Assembly (NCBI RefSeq): GCF_019464535.1
Contig: NZ_CP080507.1
Coordinates: forward strand, 3,000,001 to 3,032,000
Length of the DNA: 32,000 bases
Source: Horticoccus luteus
GTDB lineage: Bacteria > Verrucomicrobiota > Verrucomicrobiia > Opitutales > Opitutaceae
Reading direction: 5' to 3'
Shown here piece after piece: positions 8,904 to 17,610 of the stretch. Both the position numbers and the translations under genes were made by a program. Positions within the stretch are counted from its first letter, which is position 1; every line of letters begins with the position of its first letter. The notes beneath the pieces are model-generated. The model did not search any database, was not told where the DNA came from, and saw nothing but the letters and a program-made list of their open reading frames with translations.

Positions 8904-9629
8904 ATGCCCGAGGATACTTTCTCACTCGCGAGCGCTCATTTGCAAAACGAGCGCCCCATCTGGGTGCGGCTTCCTCGCGACCTGCACGCGCCCTGTCATC
9001 TCGCGGTCGTGCTCGATGGTGAACTCTATCGCGGCGGCGTAGAAGCGTTGGCGACGATCGATCGGCTGGATCGCACCCAGCGCATCGGGCCCACGCTCTT
9101 CGCGTTCGTTTCGCACCACAGCGAAGCTGCTCGCTGGCGCGAGTGCCCGTGCCATCCACCCTTCGCCGCGTTCCTCCACGCCGAACTCCTGCCTGCCCTT
9201 GCCGCCCGCTATCACGCCGTCCATGCCAACCGGCAACGCGCGCTCATCGGCCTGAGTTACACCGGTCTCGCCGCCGCGTTTGCCGCGCTGCAACCGGAGA
9301 ATGAGTTCACGCGGGTCGTCGCGCAATCCGGCTCGTTCTGGTGGCACGACGGCTGGCTCTCCGACCACGTTCCGCCGGCCCCGGCGGCGCGGCCGCCGGC
9401 GTTTTATCTTGAGGTCGGCCGCAAGGAGACGGCCGACCGGGTCGAGCATCGCCCCGACGTCATCCAACGCATTTCCCAAATCGAGGGCGTGCAGCGTTTT
9501 CACGCCGCGCTCCGCACGGCCGGCTACGCCAGCGCATATTCCGAATATCCCGGCGGTCACGATTTCGACGGCTGGCGGCAATCTCTCCCGCGCGCCCTGG
9601 CCTGGGCGTTGCCACCATTCGGGCACTGA
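8904..9629 (+). CDS. Alpha/beta hydrolase, putative esterase (enterochelin-esterase-like, PF00756-type)
   Basis: GxSxG-like nucleophile elbow (LIGLSYTGLAA) and a C-terminal GGHDF His motif. The start was chosen at internal ATG 8904. The longer ORF from 8814 overlaps the end of hisI. Confidence 0.6.
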   Translation: MPEDTFSLASAHLQNERPIWVRLPRDLHAPCHLAVVLDGELYRGGVEALATIDRLDRTQRIGPTLFAFVSHHSEAARWRECPCHPPFAAFLHAELLPALAARYHAVHANRQRALIGLSYTGLAAAFAALQPENEFTRVVAQSGSFWWHDGWLSDHVPPAPAARPPAFYLEVGRKETADRVEHRPDVIQRISQIEGVQRFHAALRTAGYASAYSEYPGGHDFDGWRQSLPRALAWALPPFGH

Positions 9630-9637
9630 CCACGACG

Positions 9638-11008
9638 TCACGCCACCGTGCACCACCACACTTTGTTCGTCAGAATATCCTTCAGGCCCCCGCCCGCCGC
9701 GCCCGCTGTATAAATTACGCCCGGCGCATCCGGCACACGATTAAAGCCCGTGGGTCGCTCGATATTCGGCAGCCAGTGCGGCTCGTGAGCATTCGCTTCA
9801 CTCAGGAGTGAAAACGAAAAACGCTCGCGCGCAGCGTTCGCGCGAAAGCACGCAATCTCGCTGCTCGCAGCTCCCCAATAGCCATTTTTCACGCCCGCGG
9901 GCGGGCGCGCCACGGCCAAAACCCCGACGAGCTGCCCGCTCCCACCAAACGTCAGCGCACCCGGCAGATACAACCCGCCTTCCTCCCTCCACGTCGCCGG
10001 CAGAAACGCGTTCAACTCGCACGCCGCCCATCGCCCCGCTGCCGGCGTCGACACGAACGCCCGGCCGTGCTCGTGCTCGATCAGATTGTGCACGACATAC
10101 GGTTCACCCTCGGGCGACACCGCAATCCCGCCAGCCGCGATCGTGCGACCCGACGCTCCGCCGCCTTGGGCGATGACGTCGATCGTCTCCGCCGTCACCG
10201 GCAATGTGACCGCCGTCCCATCCGCCTTCGTCCACGTGTGCCCCGCATCCGTGCTGCGCAAGTAGCCCACCGTTTGCCATGCCTCTAATTTCTTCTCCTC
10301 GGCCGTTTCATAAATGCGGCAACTCAGGTGCAAGGTCTGATGATCCGGCCCCCACGCCAACGATTCGCCGAACTGCGCATAGTCGGGAAAACGCGAACGC
10401 ATCAACGTCGAGCGCAGCCGCCACTCCCCGCCGGCAGGTTTTTCCCAAAGTTGCGCCTCCGTCGTGCGCTTTCCTTCCGTGTAACGCCGCGCCGTCATCA
10501 ACAACGTGCCGTCTTTCGCGCAGACCACGACCGGATAAGACAGCAGCGCGCCGAACTCGATCTCCGGCTCCCATTCCGACGCATCGTTCGGCCGCACCGA
10601 CCGCCGATAGCGCATCGGCGCGTGATGCGGATAATATAGAACATGCAGATGCCCGCTCGGATCGATCGTCATCGCCGGCCCGCCATGATTGTCCATCGCC
10701 TCGCCGACCGTCACCGTCGCTGACCACTCGTTTGTCGCGCGATTCAACGAGCGCACGCGCACGCGAAACCCCTCCGGCGTCGAGTCCAGCCACGCAACGT
10801 GCGTGCGGTCGCCCGACGTGATGATCTTGCTCGCCGGATCGTAAGCCGTCGCTCGGCCTGACCCCAGCTTCGACAACAAAAAAGATCGCCTCGCCGCCGC
10901 TGCCGCGGTGTCCGTCCCGGCCTCCGCGCGCAACCGACGCGTCACCATCATTCCGGCCGACCCAGCGAGTAACGTGGCGAGAAACGCGCGGCGATTTTGC
11001 GGGGGCAT
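9638..11008 (-). CDS. Secreted (TAT-type signal) BNR/sialidase-like beta-propeller protein, function unknown
   Basis: N-terminal QNRRAFLATLLAGSAG twin-arginine motif. Repeated SxDxGxTW-like element (STDAGHTWTK) and DNHGGPAMTIDPSGHLHVLYYPHH resemble the BNR-4 family. The family assignment is tentative. Confidence 0.5.
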   Translation of the reverse strand: MPPQNRRAFLATLLAGSAGMMVTRRLRAEAGTDTAAAAARRSFLLSKLGSGRATAYDPASKIITSGDRTHVAWLDSTPEGFRVRVRSLNRATNEWSATVTVGEAMDNHGGPAMTIDPSGHLHVLYYPHHAPMRYRRSVRPNDASEWEPEIEFGALLSYPVVVCAKDGTLLMTARRYTEGKRTTEAQLWEKPAGGEWRLRSTLMRSRFPDYAQFGESLAWGPDHQTLHLSCRIYETAEEKKLEAWQTVGYLRSTDAGHTWTKADGTAVTLPVTAETIDVIAQGGGASGRTIAAGGIAVSPEGEPYVVHNLIEHEHGRAFVSTPAAGRWAACELNAFLPATWREEGGLYLPGALTFGGSGQLVGVLAVARPPAGVKNGYWGAASSEIACFRANAARERFSFSLLSEANAHEPHWLPNIERPTGFNRVPDAPGVIYTAGAAGGGLKDILTNKVWWCTVA

Positions 11009-11093
11009 CCGTCGACGATGCGCGCTTGTCCGGCGATATCAACCGGCTTCAACCGACCGGTGCGCCAAGCTGTCGCCGCGCGCCGGCCTGAAC

Positions 11094-11879
11094 TCAACTG
11101 GCCGACGCCAACCCGCGCTCGCTCGTTTGGGCAAACGCCACCATCCGCTGAAACTCCGCCGTGGCCGCCTGCGGATGCGCGGTCAACTTTTCGAGCGCCT
11201 GCGTGCGGTTGAGCCCGTCCCGATAGAGGATGCGGTGAATCGATTTCACCCGCTCCACTTGTTCGGCCGTGAAGCCGTTGCGTTCCAGGCCGACTTTGTT
11301 GATCGCCCGAATTTCCGCCGGCAACCCGTCAGCGATGAAATACGGCGGCAAATCCTGCACGAGCTTCGCCTTCGCCGACAGCAGGGAATACTCGCCCAAG
11401 CGGCAAAACTGATGCACGCCGCCAAACGCGCCGATGACCACGTGATCGCCCACGATCACATGTCCCGCCAGCCCCGCGTAGTTGCTCATGATGATGTGGC
11501 TGCCGAGCTGGCAGTCGTGCGCCACATGACTGTAGGCGAGGATCAGATTGTCGTCGCCGATCACCGTGAACTCCCCGTCGTTCGTCGCGGCATGCACGCT
11601 CACGTATTCGCGCAGCACGCAACGATCGCCGATGCGCAGGCCGGGATTGCCGCCCGTGAACTTCAAGTCCTGCGTCTTGCCGCCCACGCAGGCGAAAGGA
11701 AACACCTCGCCCGCCCGCCCCAGCACCGTGTTGCCCTCGACGCATGCGTGATGATGCAACCGCGTGCCGTCGCCCAGCCTCACCCCGGCCCCGACAAACG
11801 CGTAAGCCCCCACGCTCACGTCCGCGCCGAGTTGCGCGCCGGGCTCGATGATCGCGGTGGGATGAATCGTGACAGCCAT
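11094..11879 (-). CDS. lpxA: Acyl-ACP--UDP-N-acetylglucosamine O-acyltransferase LpxA
   Basis: Left-handed beta-helix hexapeptide repeats from the N-terminus (IHPTAIIEPGAQLGADVSVGAYAFVGAGVRLGDGT). Also GGKTQDLKF, a C-terminal helical domain, 261 aa, and immediate adjacency to lpxC/fabZ. Confidence 0.9.
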   Translation of the reverse strand: MAVTIHPTAIIEPGAQLGADVSVGAYAFVGAGVRLGDGTRLHHHACVEGNTVLGRAGEVFPFACVGGKTQDLKFTGGNPGLRIGDRCVLREYVSVHAATNDGEFTVIGDDNLILAYSHVAHDCQLGSHIIMSNYAGLAGHVIVGDHVVIGAFGGVHQFCRLGEYSLLSAKAKLVQDLPPYFIADGLPAEIRAINKVGLERNGFTAEQVERVKSIHRILYRDGLNRTQALEKLTAHPQAATAEFQRMVAFAQTSERGLASAS

Positions 11880-11886
11880 CGCGCGC

Positions 11887-13221
11887 TCAGGGCTGCTCGT
11901 TCTGCGACACGAGCGCGAACATCAACTCGGCCGAGGACACCACGGTGCCACCCACCGTGCAGGTGCACTCCGCCACCCCAATCTTGGTGCCGCGCGTCTT
12001 CGTGAGCTTCGCGTTGATCACCAACTGGTCGCCCGGAATCACCGGCCGCCGGAACTTCACTTTGTCCGCACTCATGAAAAACGGCGTTTTTCCTTCGGCC
12101 GAGATGTTGCGCAACATCAGGATCCCCGCCGCCTGCGCCATCGACTCGACCTGCAACACGCCCGGCATCACCGGCTCGCCCGGATAATGCCCTTGGAAAT
12201 ACGGCTCGTTGACCGACACGTTCTTGATCGCGATCAGCTCCGTGTCCGCAATGAATTCCAGCACGCGATCGATCATCAGAAACGGATAACGATGCGGCAA
12301 AGTGTCGAGGATGCGTTTGATATCGAGCGACGTCTCGCCTGGCTGCACCTGCTTCGGCCGCTCCGCCTTCTTTTTCGCCGGCGTCTTCTTCCGGGCTTCC
12401 AGCTTGGCGAATAACACTTTCGTCAGCTCCGCGTTGATCGCGTGGCCCGGTCTCGTCGCGACGATGTGCGCCTTCAACGGCATGCCCAGCAGCAGCACAT
12501 CGCCGATGATATCGAGCATCTTGTGCCGCACGAACTCGTCTTTGAACCGCAACGGCTCCTTCGAAATGATTTTGTCGCCGCGGATGACCACGGCGGAATC
12601 CAGCGACCCGCCCTTGATCTTGCCGAGTTTCAACAGCTCCTCGATATCCTCGTAAATCGTGAACGTCCGCGCCGCCGCGATCTGCGTCATGTAAACATCG
12701 GGATCGATCGTCAGCGAAAGATGCTGCGTGTGGATGCCGCGATCGTCCGCCGACGTGCACGTGATCTTGAATTCGTTCGACGGCAGCGCGATGACCGAGC
12801 GATTGCCGTCGGTGACCGACACCGCCTCGTCGAGGACGAAATACTCCCGCTCCTTCTCCTGCTCCACCGGCTCGCCTTGGAGGATCATGTTCACAAACGG
12901 CCGGGCCGAGCCGTCCATGATCGGCGGCTCCGAGGCGTTCATCTCGATCGTCACGTTGTCCACGCCGCAACCGTGCAACGCGCTCAACACATGCTCCACC
13001 GTGTGGATTTTGGCGTGCCCGTTTTGAATCGTCGTCGCGCGCACCACATCCGTCACTTGATCGACCCGCGGACGAATCTCCGGGGCCCCGTTCAGATCGA
13101 TTCGGCGGAAGACCACGCCTTGGTCAACCGGCGCCGGTTTGAGCGTGAGCGTGACCGCTTCACCGGTGTGCAAGGCGCTGCCTTGGATGGAGACTTCGCG
13201 CGCGAGAGTGCGTTGTTTCAT
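11887..13221 (-). CDS. lpxC/fabZ: Bifunctional UDP-3-O-acyl-GlcNAc deacetylase / 3-hydroxyacyl-ACP dehydratase (LpxC-FabZ fusion)
   Basis: The N-terminal half carries LpxC motifs ([35 protein letters not shown]-like). The C-terminal half carries FabZ motifs ([31 protein letters not shown]). True start ATG at 13221 ([10 protein letters not shown]). The 924-aa ORF in the track is an upstream run-on. Confidence 0.92.
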   Translation of the reverse strand: MKQRTLAREVSIQGSALHTGEAVTLTLKPAPVDQGVVFRRIDLNGAPEIRPRVDQVTDVVRATTIQNGHAKIHTVEHVLSALHGCGVDNVTIEMNASEPPIMDGSARPFVNMILQGEPVEQEKEREYFVLDEAVSVTDGNRSVIALPSNEFKITCTSADDRGIHTQHLSLTIDPDVYMTQIAAARTFTIYEDIEELLKLGKIKGGSLDSAVVIRGDKIISKEPLRFKDEFVRHKMLDIIGDVLLLGMPLKAHIVATRPGHAINAELTKVLFAKLEARKKTPAKKKAERPKQVQPGETSLDIKRILDTLPHRYPFLMIDRVLEFIADTELIAIKNVSVNEPYFQGHYPGEPVMPGVLQVESMAQAAGILMLRNISAEGKTPFFMSADKVKFRRPVIPGDQLVINAKLTKTRGTKIGVAECTCTVGGTVVSSAELMFALVSQNEQP

Positions 13222-13283
13222 TGAGCTTGGCGTCGGAGTGTCGGAAAGGCGTTGGAAATGACAAGACCGCGATAGGGCCCCCA

Positions 13284-14783
13284 TCAATTCCCCGCCGCGC
13301 TCATCGCCACCCGCACCCGCCCGACGGCGGTTGCGGACACAAATCCCGCTGGCCGCTCGCCGGTCCCGCGCGTCGCCGCGGCGCCCGCCCCTTCCGCCTG
13401 TAGATCGATCTCCAGCTCCGCGCCTCGATAACCCAGCCCGCCCAACCGCACTCGCGTCAAACCCGCCGGCAGCACAGGCGAAAAAGTCACGCCATCCTCC
13501 GCGAACCGCGCGCCGCACACGCCCTTCAAAACCATCCTCACCAACGCCGTCGCGCTCCACGTCTGCCGCGCGCACGAAGCCCAGCGCTGCATCCCGCCCT
13601 CGCCCGTCGGGTGCTCCTGCACTCCCCCGTATTCCCCGCCCGTCACCGGATGATAAATCTCCGAAAAATGCCCGTCGCGGCAGGCATGTCGCGCCAGGCT
13701 GAACAACTCGCGCCCCAGCAAATCCGCCCGCCCATGCCGCGCCGCCGCCTCCGCCCAAAACGCCTGCAACGGCGGCCACACCACCCCGCTGTGCCGGCCG
13801 AACGCGCCTTCCGCGTAAGTCGGGTAGTGCGCGTAATCCGGCCAGCCGAGCACGGGTAACTCCCGTTCCTCCGCCGGCGCGTAGCGCGTGTAACGCTCGT
13901 AGCTCGGCCACACCCCCGGCAGACCGGCCGGTGTCACGGGTTGATTTTGAAAAATCGCCGCGCGTTGCGCCGGCGTGGCCACGTCGAACAGGATCGCGAA
14001 CGCGTGCCCCACGCCCTCCAGCCGGTCGCTCCCGCCCCACGGATCCACGAAAAAGCGAAACACGCCCCGTGCCTCGTCCCACAATTCCGCCCGCACCGCC
14101 GCTGCGATCGCGTCCGCGCGGATTGTCCACGCCGGATCGGCCGCCACCCCGAGCTCCCGCGCCATCCGCCCGAGCACGCGATACGCCGCCACGTAGAGAC
14201 AGTTCGTCGAAAGCGCCATCATCGGCAGTCCTTCGCCCTGCGCCGCCCGCTCCGCCGGATGATGCCGGGCCCAAAATTTGATCCCGCTGCTCGGCATGTC
14301 GGCGTAACGATCGGGAAACGCCGCCACGCCATCCTGGATCGCCGCCGAGCCGCGAAACAACCCGCGCATCGCGTCGAACTCCGTCGCTTCCAGGCAACGC
14401 AGCGTGTGCGCCACCGCCGCCATCGCGACGCGCAGAAACTCCCGGTCGCCCGTGAACAAATAATACGCCCACGCTCCCTGCGCCCACACGATGCTGTCCC
14501 AATATTCCCCCGTGATCCGCGGCTCGCCGTCCACCTCGTCCAAGACCGCCAGCAGCGAGTTCCGCGCGACGTCCGGGTAAAGCAACCCGCCGCCATTCCA
14601 CGTGTTGATCGCGTTGTCGCGCGTCCACTGCTGCGGATAGTCCAACCCCGCCCGAAAACAAGGGCCGCTGGTCTCCATCAAGCCCGCGTGATCGGGGAAA
14701 ATATTGCCCGCGATGTCCCCCAGTGCGAGGCGGAAGGCGCGGTTCAACTCCGCGTGGTCGGTCTCAAGATACGGCAGCGTCAT
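13284..14783 (-). CDS. Six-hairpin (alpha/alpha)6 glycoside hydrolase, amylo-alpha-1,6-glucosidase / GH63-like family
   Basis: QQWTRDNAI, repeated aromatic-rich helices, EIYHPVTGG and QTWSATAL near the C-terminus resemble GDE_C/GH63-type catalytic domains. The start was chosen at ATG 14783 (MTLPYLETD). The exact family is not resolved. Confidence 0.55.
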   Translation of the reverse strand: MTLPYLETDHAELNRAFRLALGDIAGNIFPDHAGLMETSGPCFRAGLDYPQQWTRDNAINTWNGGGLLYPDVARNSLLAVLDEVDGEPRITGEYWDSIVWAQGAWAYYLFTGDREFLRVAMAAVAHTLRCLEATEFDAMRGLFRGSAAIQDGVAAFPDRYADMPSSGIKFWARHHPAERAAQGEGLPMMALSTNCLYVAAYRVLGRMARELGVAADPAWTIRADAIAAAVRAELWDEARGVFRFFVDPWGGSDRLEGVGHAFAILFDVATPAQRAAIFQNQPVTPAGLPGVWPSYERYTRYAPAEERELPVLGWPDYAHYPTYAEGAFGRHSGVVWPPLQAFWAEAAARHGRADLLGRELFSLARHACRDGHFSEIYHPVTGGEYGGVQEHPTGEGGMQRWASCARQTWSATALVRMVLKGVCGARFAEDGVTFSPVLPAGLTRVRLGGLGYRGAELEIDLQAEGAGAAATRGTGERPAGFVSATAVGRVRVAMSAAGN

Positions 14784-14966
14784 CGGAAAAGGTTTCGCAT
14801 GTGCGCCTCGCATTTGCCGCAGCCGGCGGACTCGCGCCACCCTTTTTCGCCCGGTGTTGCCGCCCGCGCTCTATCGTGCCGCGATGCTTGACAGCGCCGA
14901 GCCCCGCTCGTTACTCCATGACCCTTTTACACAACTCGAAACCGTCCCTCCGCAACCCTTCCCGTC

Positions 14967-15524
14967 ATGCCCGCAGCTAACGATATTCGCAAAGGTCAGG
15001 TCATTAAATTCAACGGCGAGCCCCACCTCGTCATGGAAACGCAGCATCGCACGCCGGGCAATCTGCGGGCTTTCGTGCAGGTGAAAATGCGCAACCTCCG
15101 CTACGGCAAGGCGCTCGATCAACGCTTCGCGTCCACCGACACCATCGAGGTTTTGCCCACCGACAAACGCACGCTCGAGTTCAGCTACGCCGACCGCGAC
15201 AGCTACGCGTTCATCGATCCCAACACGTTCGACCAAATCGAAATCTCCGAGCAGACGCTCGGCGACGTGAAGAACTACCTCACCGCCGGCGGCCGCGTTG
15301 ACATTCTCTTTGTGGACGAAAAGCCGCTCACCGTCGAATTGCCCAGCGCCGTTTCCCTCAAAGTCGTCGAGAGCGCCGATGGCATCAAAGGCGATACCGC
15401 GAGCAACGTCCAGAAACCCGCCAAGCTCGAGACCGGCCTGATCGTGCAGGTGCCGCTCTTCGTGAAAGAAGGCGAACTCATCCGCGTCTCCACCGCCGAC
15501 GGTTCTTACCTCGGCCGCGCCTGA
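14967..15524 (+). CDS. efp: Translation elongation factor P family protein (atypical loop tip)
   Basis: 185 aa. DIRKGQVIKFNGEP, IKGDTAS, KPAKLETGLIVQVPLFV and the C-terminal YLGRA align along the whole length with EF-P/YeiP. Confidence 0.9.
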   Translation: MPAANDIRKGQVIKFNGEPHLVMETQHRTPGNLRAFVQVKMRNLRYGKALDQRFASTDTIEVLPTDKRTLEFSYADRDSYAFIDPNTFDQIEISEQTLGDVKNYLTAGGRVDILFVDEKPLTVELPSAVSLKVVESADGIKGDTASNVQKPAKLETGLIVQVPLFVKEGELIRVSTADGSYLGRA

Positions 15525-15549
15525 ACCGCTCGCATTCAAACCCACCTTC

Positions 15550-15578
15550 GCCCGCGGCTTGATTCCGCGGGCTTTTTT
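15550..15578 (+). terminator. Rho-independent terminator downstream of efp
   Basis: GCCCGCGG (15550-15557), a 7-nt loop, CCGCGGGC (15565-15572), then TTTTTT (15573-15578). It lies 26 nt after the efp stop. Confidence 0.7.
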
Positions 15579-15702
15579 GCGCCCTGGTTCTCGTCTGAAC
15601 GTGCGCCGGTTGGTTACGACGCGGACGAAGAATCGCAAAACCGCTCTCGGGTTGCGCGCCACGTGCGGCACCCCCGCACCTCACATGGGTCTGCATCCTC
15701 CC

Positions 15703-16608
15703 ATGCGCGTCATCGCCCTTTTGAATCGCTCCGCGGGGACGCTCACCGGTAACCCTCATTCCGACCCGCTTTCCCCCGCTGCGCTGACCGCTGCCTTCCG
15801 CGCCGCCGCCGTCGATGCCGATGTGCGCCTCGTCGCACCGCAGGCCATGCGCGACGAAGTCGCCCACGCCGCCGCGCTCCAACCCGATGCTGTCGTCGTC
15901 GGTGGTGGCGATGGCACTCTCAATACCGCCGCAGGCGTGCTCGCCGGCGGCGCCACTCCCCTCGGCGTGCTCCCGCTCGGCACGCTCAATCACTTCGCTC
16001 ACGACCTGGGTCTTCCGCTGGAAATCGATGACGCCATTCGCGTGATCGCCCGAGGTCGCGTCCGCGCCATCGACGTCGGCGAAGTCAATGGCCGCGTTTT
16101 CCTCAACAACTGCTCTCTTGGTGCCTATCCCGCCGCCGTCCAACGCCGCGATTCCCTGCGCCGCACCCGCGGCTTCGGCAAATGGCGCGCCATGGTCGTC
16201 GCCTCGCTCGACGTGTTTCGACGCGTGCGTCGCCTGCGCGCCCAAATCGAAATCGACGGCGCGCCCCATTCCTGCCGCACGCCCCTGCTCTTTGTATCGA
16301 ACAACCACTACGACGGGCGGCTCTTCGCCTCCTCCCTTCGCGAACATCTCGACGAAGGCCGCCTCTGGCTTTACGTCGCGCGCACGCATCGCTTTTTCCC
16401 GCTCCTCCGTTCGGCGTGGCAGGCGCTCGTCCGCGGACTCGACGCCGCCGACGCTCTCGACACCCACTCCGCTCAACAGGTCACCATCGACGTCGGCCTG
16501 CCCAAAATCACCACCGGCCTCGATGGCGAACTCGTCACCTTCGCTGCGCCGCTCCGCTTTCGCATCCGCCCCCACGCACTGCGCGTGCTCGCTCCGCCGG
16601 CATCATGA
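15703..16608 (+). CDS. Diacylglycerol kinase family lipid kinase (YegS/BmrU-like)
   Basis: MRVIALLNRSAG..., the DAGK catalytic motif VVVGGGDGTLN, and GVLPLGTLNHFAHDLG. The start is set at ATG 15703. Confidence 0.8.
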   Translation: MRVIALLNRSAGTLTGNPHSDPLSPAALTAAFRAAAVDADVRLVAPQAMRDEVAHAAALQPDAVVVGGGDGTLNTAAGVLAGGATPLGVLPLGTLNHFAHDLGLPLEIDDAIRVIARGRVRAIDVGEVNGRVFLNNCSLGAYPAAVQRRDSLRRTRGFGKWRAMVVASLDVFRRVRRLRAQIEIDGAPHSCRTPLLFVSNNHYDGRLFASSLREHLDEGRLWLYVARTHRFFPLLRSAWQALVRGLDAADALDTHSAQQVTIDVGLPKITTGLDGELVTFAAPLRFRIRPHALRVLAPPAS

Positions 16609-16750
16609 CCGCTCCGATCTTCGCTTCACCGCCCCGCTGCCCGGCGCTCGCGGCCAACTCGCCGGCGTCGCCACGCCTCTCCGCCGCGCCGCTCTCTCCG
16701 GCCACGCCAACGTCGCACACTCCATCGGCACCCACCCGCCCTGTCGGCAC

Positions 16751-17560
16751 GTGAGAACGATCGTCCATCTTTCTGATCTGCACTTCGGCACCGAAGACCC
16801 CGTGCTCGCCGCCGCCGTCGCGCGCGACTTGCAAGCATCCCCGCCTTCGCTGCTCGTCGTCAGCGGTGATTTCACCCAACGCGCCCGGCGCCGCCAGTTC
16901 GCCGCCGCGCGCGCTTACCTCACCCAACTTCCATCGCCGCAACTCGTCATCCCCGGCAATCACGACGTGCCGCTCTACGACGTGATCCGCCGTTTCGCTG
17001 CGCCCCTCAACCGCTTCCGTCGCTACATCAGTCGCGACCTCGACCCGGTTTACCGCGACACCGAAATCATCGTTGCCGGCCTCAACACCGCCCGCTCCCG
17101 CACTTGGAAAAGCGGCCGGATCTCCCCCGCGCAACTCGCCCGCCTGCGCGCCACCTTCGGTCCCGCCGATGAACGTTTCAAAGTCGTTGTCACGCATCAC
17201 CCGTTCATCCCGCCGCCCGGCAGCGAAGCCGATGGTCGGATCGATCTCGTCGGTGGGGCTAACGCCGCCCTCACCGTGCTCGACGAGTGCGGAGTCGACC
17301 TCCTCCTCGCCGGCCATCTCCATCACGGCTACGCCGGCGACACGCGCACGCACTACCCTCATTCGCGCCGCTCAATCATCTCTGCGCAAGCCGGCACGGC
17401 CATCTCCCGCCGCATCCGCACGGAACCCAACGCCTATAATTTCCTCACCCTTGAGCGCACCCACATTGTGATCGAAATTCGCACGTGGAACGGCACCGCC
17501 TTTGCCCCCACCGCCGTCACCCACTACGATCTTCACGACGACGCCTGGATCGCGCGTTGA
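16751..17560 (+). CDS. Calcineurin-like metallophosphoesterase
   Basis: All MPE motifs appear in order: SDLHFG, SGDFT, PGNHD, VTHHP, AGHLHHG. GTG at 16751 is the first conventional start after the upstream stop. The start is uncertain (see findings). Confidence 0.72.
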   Translation: MRTIVHLSDLHFGTEDPVLAAAVARDLQASPPSLLVVSGDFTQRARRRQFAAARAYLTQLPSPQLVIPGNHDVPLYDVIRRFAAPLNRFRRYISRDLDPVYRDTEIIVAGLNTARSRTWKSGRISPAQLARLRATFGPADERFKVVVTHHPFIPPPGSEADGRIDLVGGANAALTVLDECGVDLLLAGHLHHGYAGDTRTHYPHSRRSIISAQAGTAISRRIRTEPNAYNFLTLERTHIVIEIRTWNGTAFAPTAVTHYDLHDDAWIAR

Positions 17561-17610
17561 CGCGCCGGCCCGGCGCGCACCGGTCGCGTTTTCCCGAGTC
17601 CAAGGCTTTC

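Noticed and set aside
11887-13221. LpxC-FabZ gene fusion as a novelty.
   Set aside because: This bifunctional fusion is well known in Bacteroidota and related phyla. It is useful as a taxonomic hint but not new.
13222-14661. Upstream 480 codons of the 924-aa ORF that contains lpxC/fabZ.
   Set aside because: The LpxC homology begins at ATG 13221 ([10 protein letters not shown]). The upstream part is Gly/Arg-rich junk that overlaps the well-supported glycosidase gene in another frame.
14888-14916. Perfect TTGACA hexamer (14888-14893) 74 nt upstream of efp, as a -35 element.
   Set aside because: The hexamer 17 nt downstream (TTACTC) is a poor -10, and promoter consensus in this lineage is unknown. 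Not enough to call a promoter.
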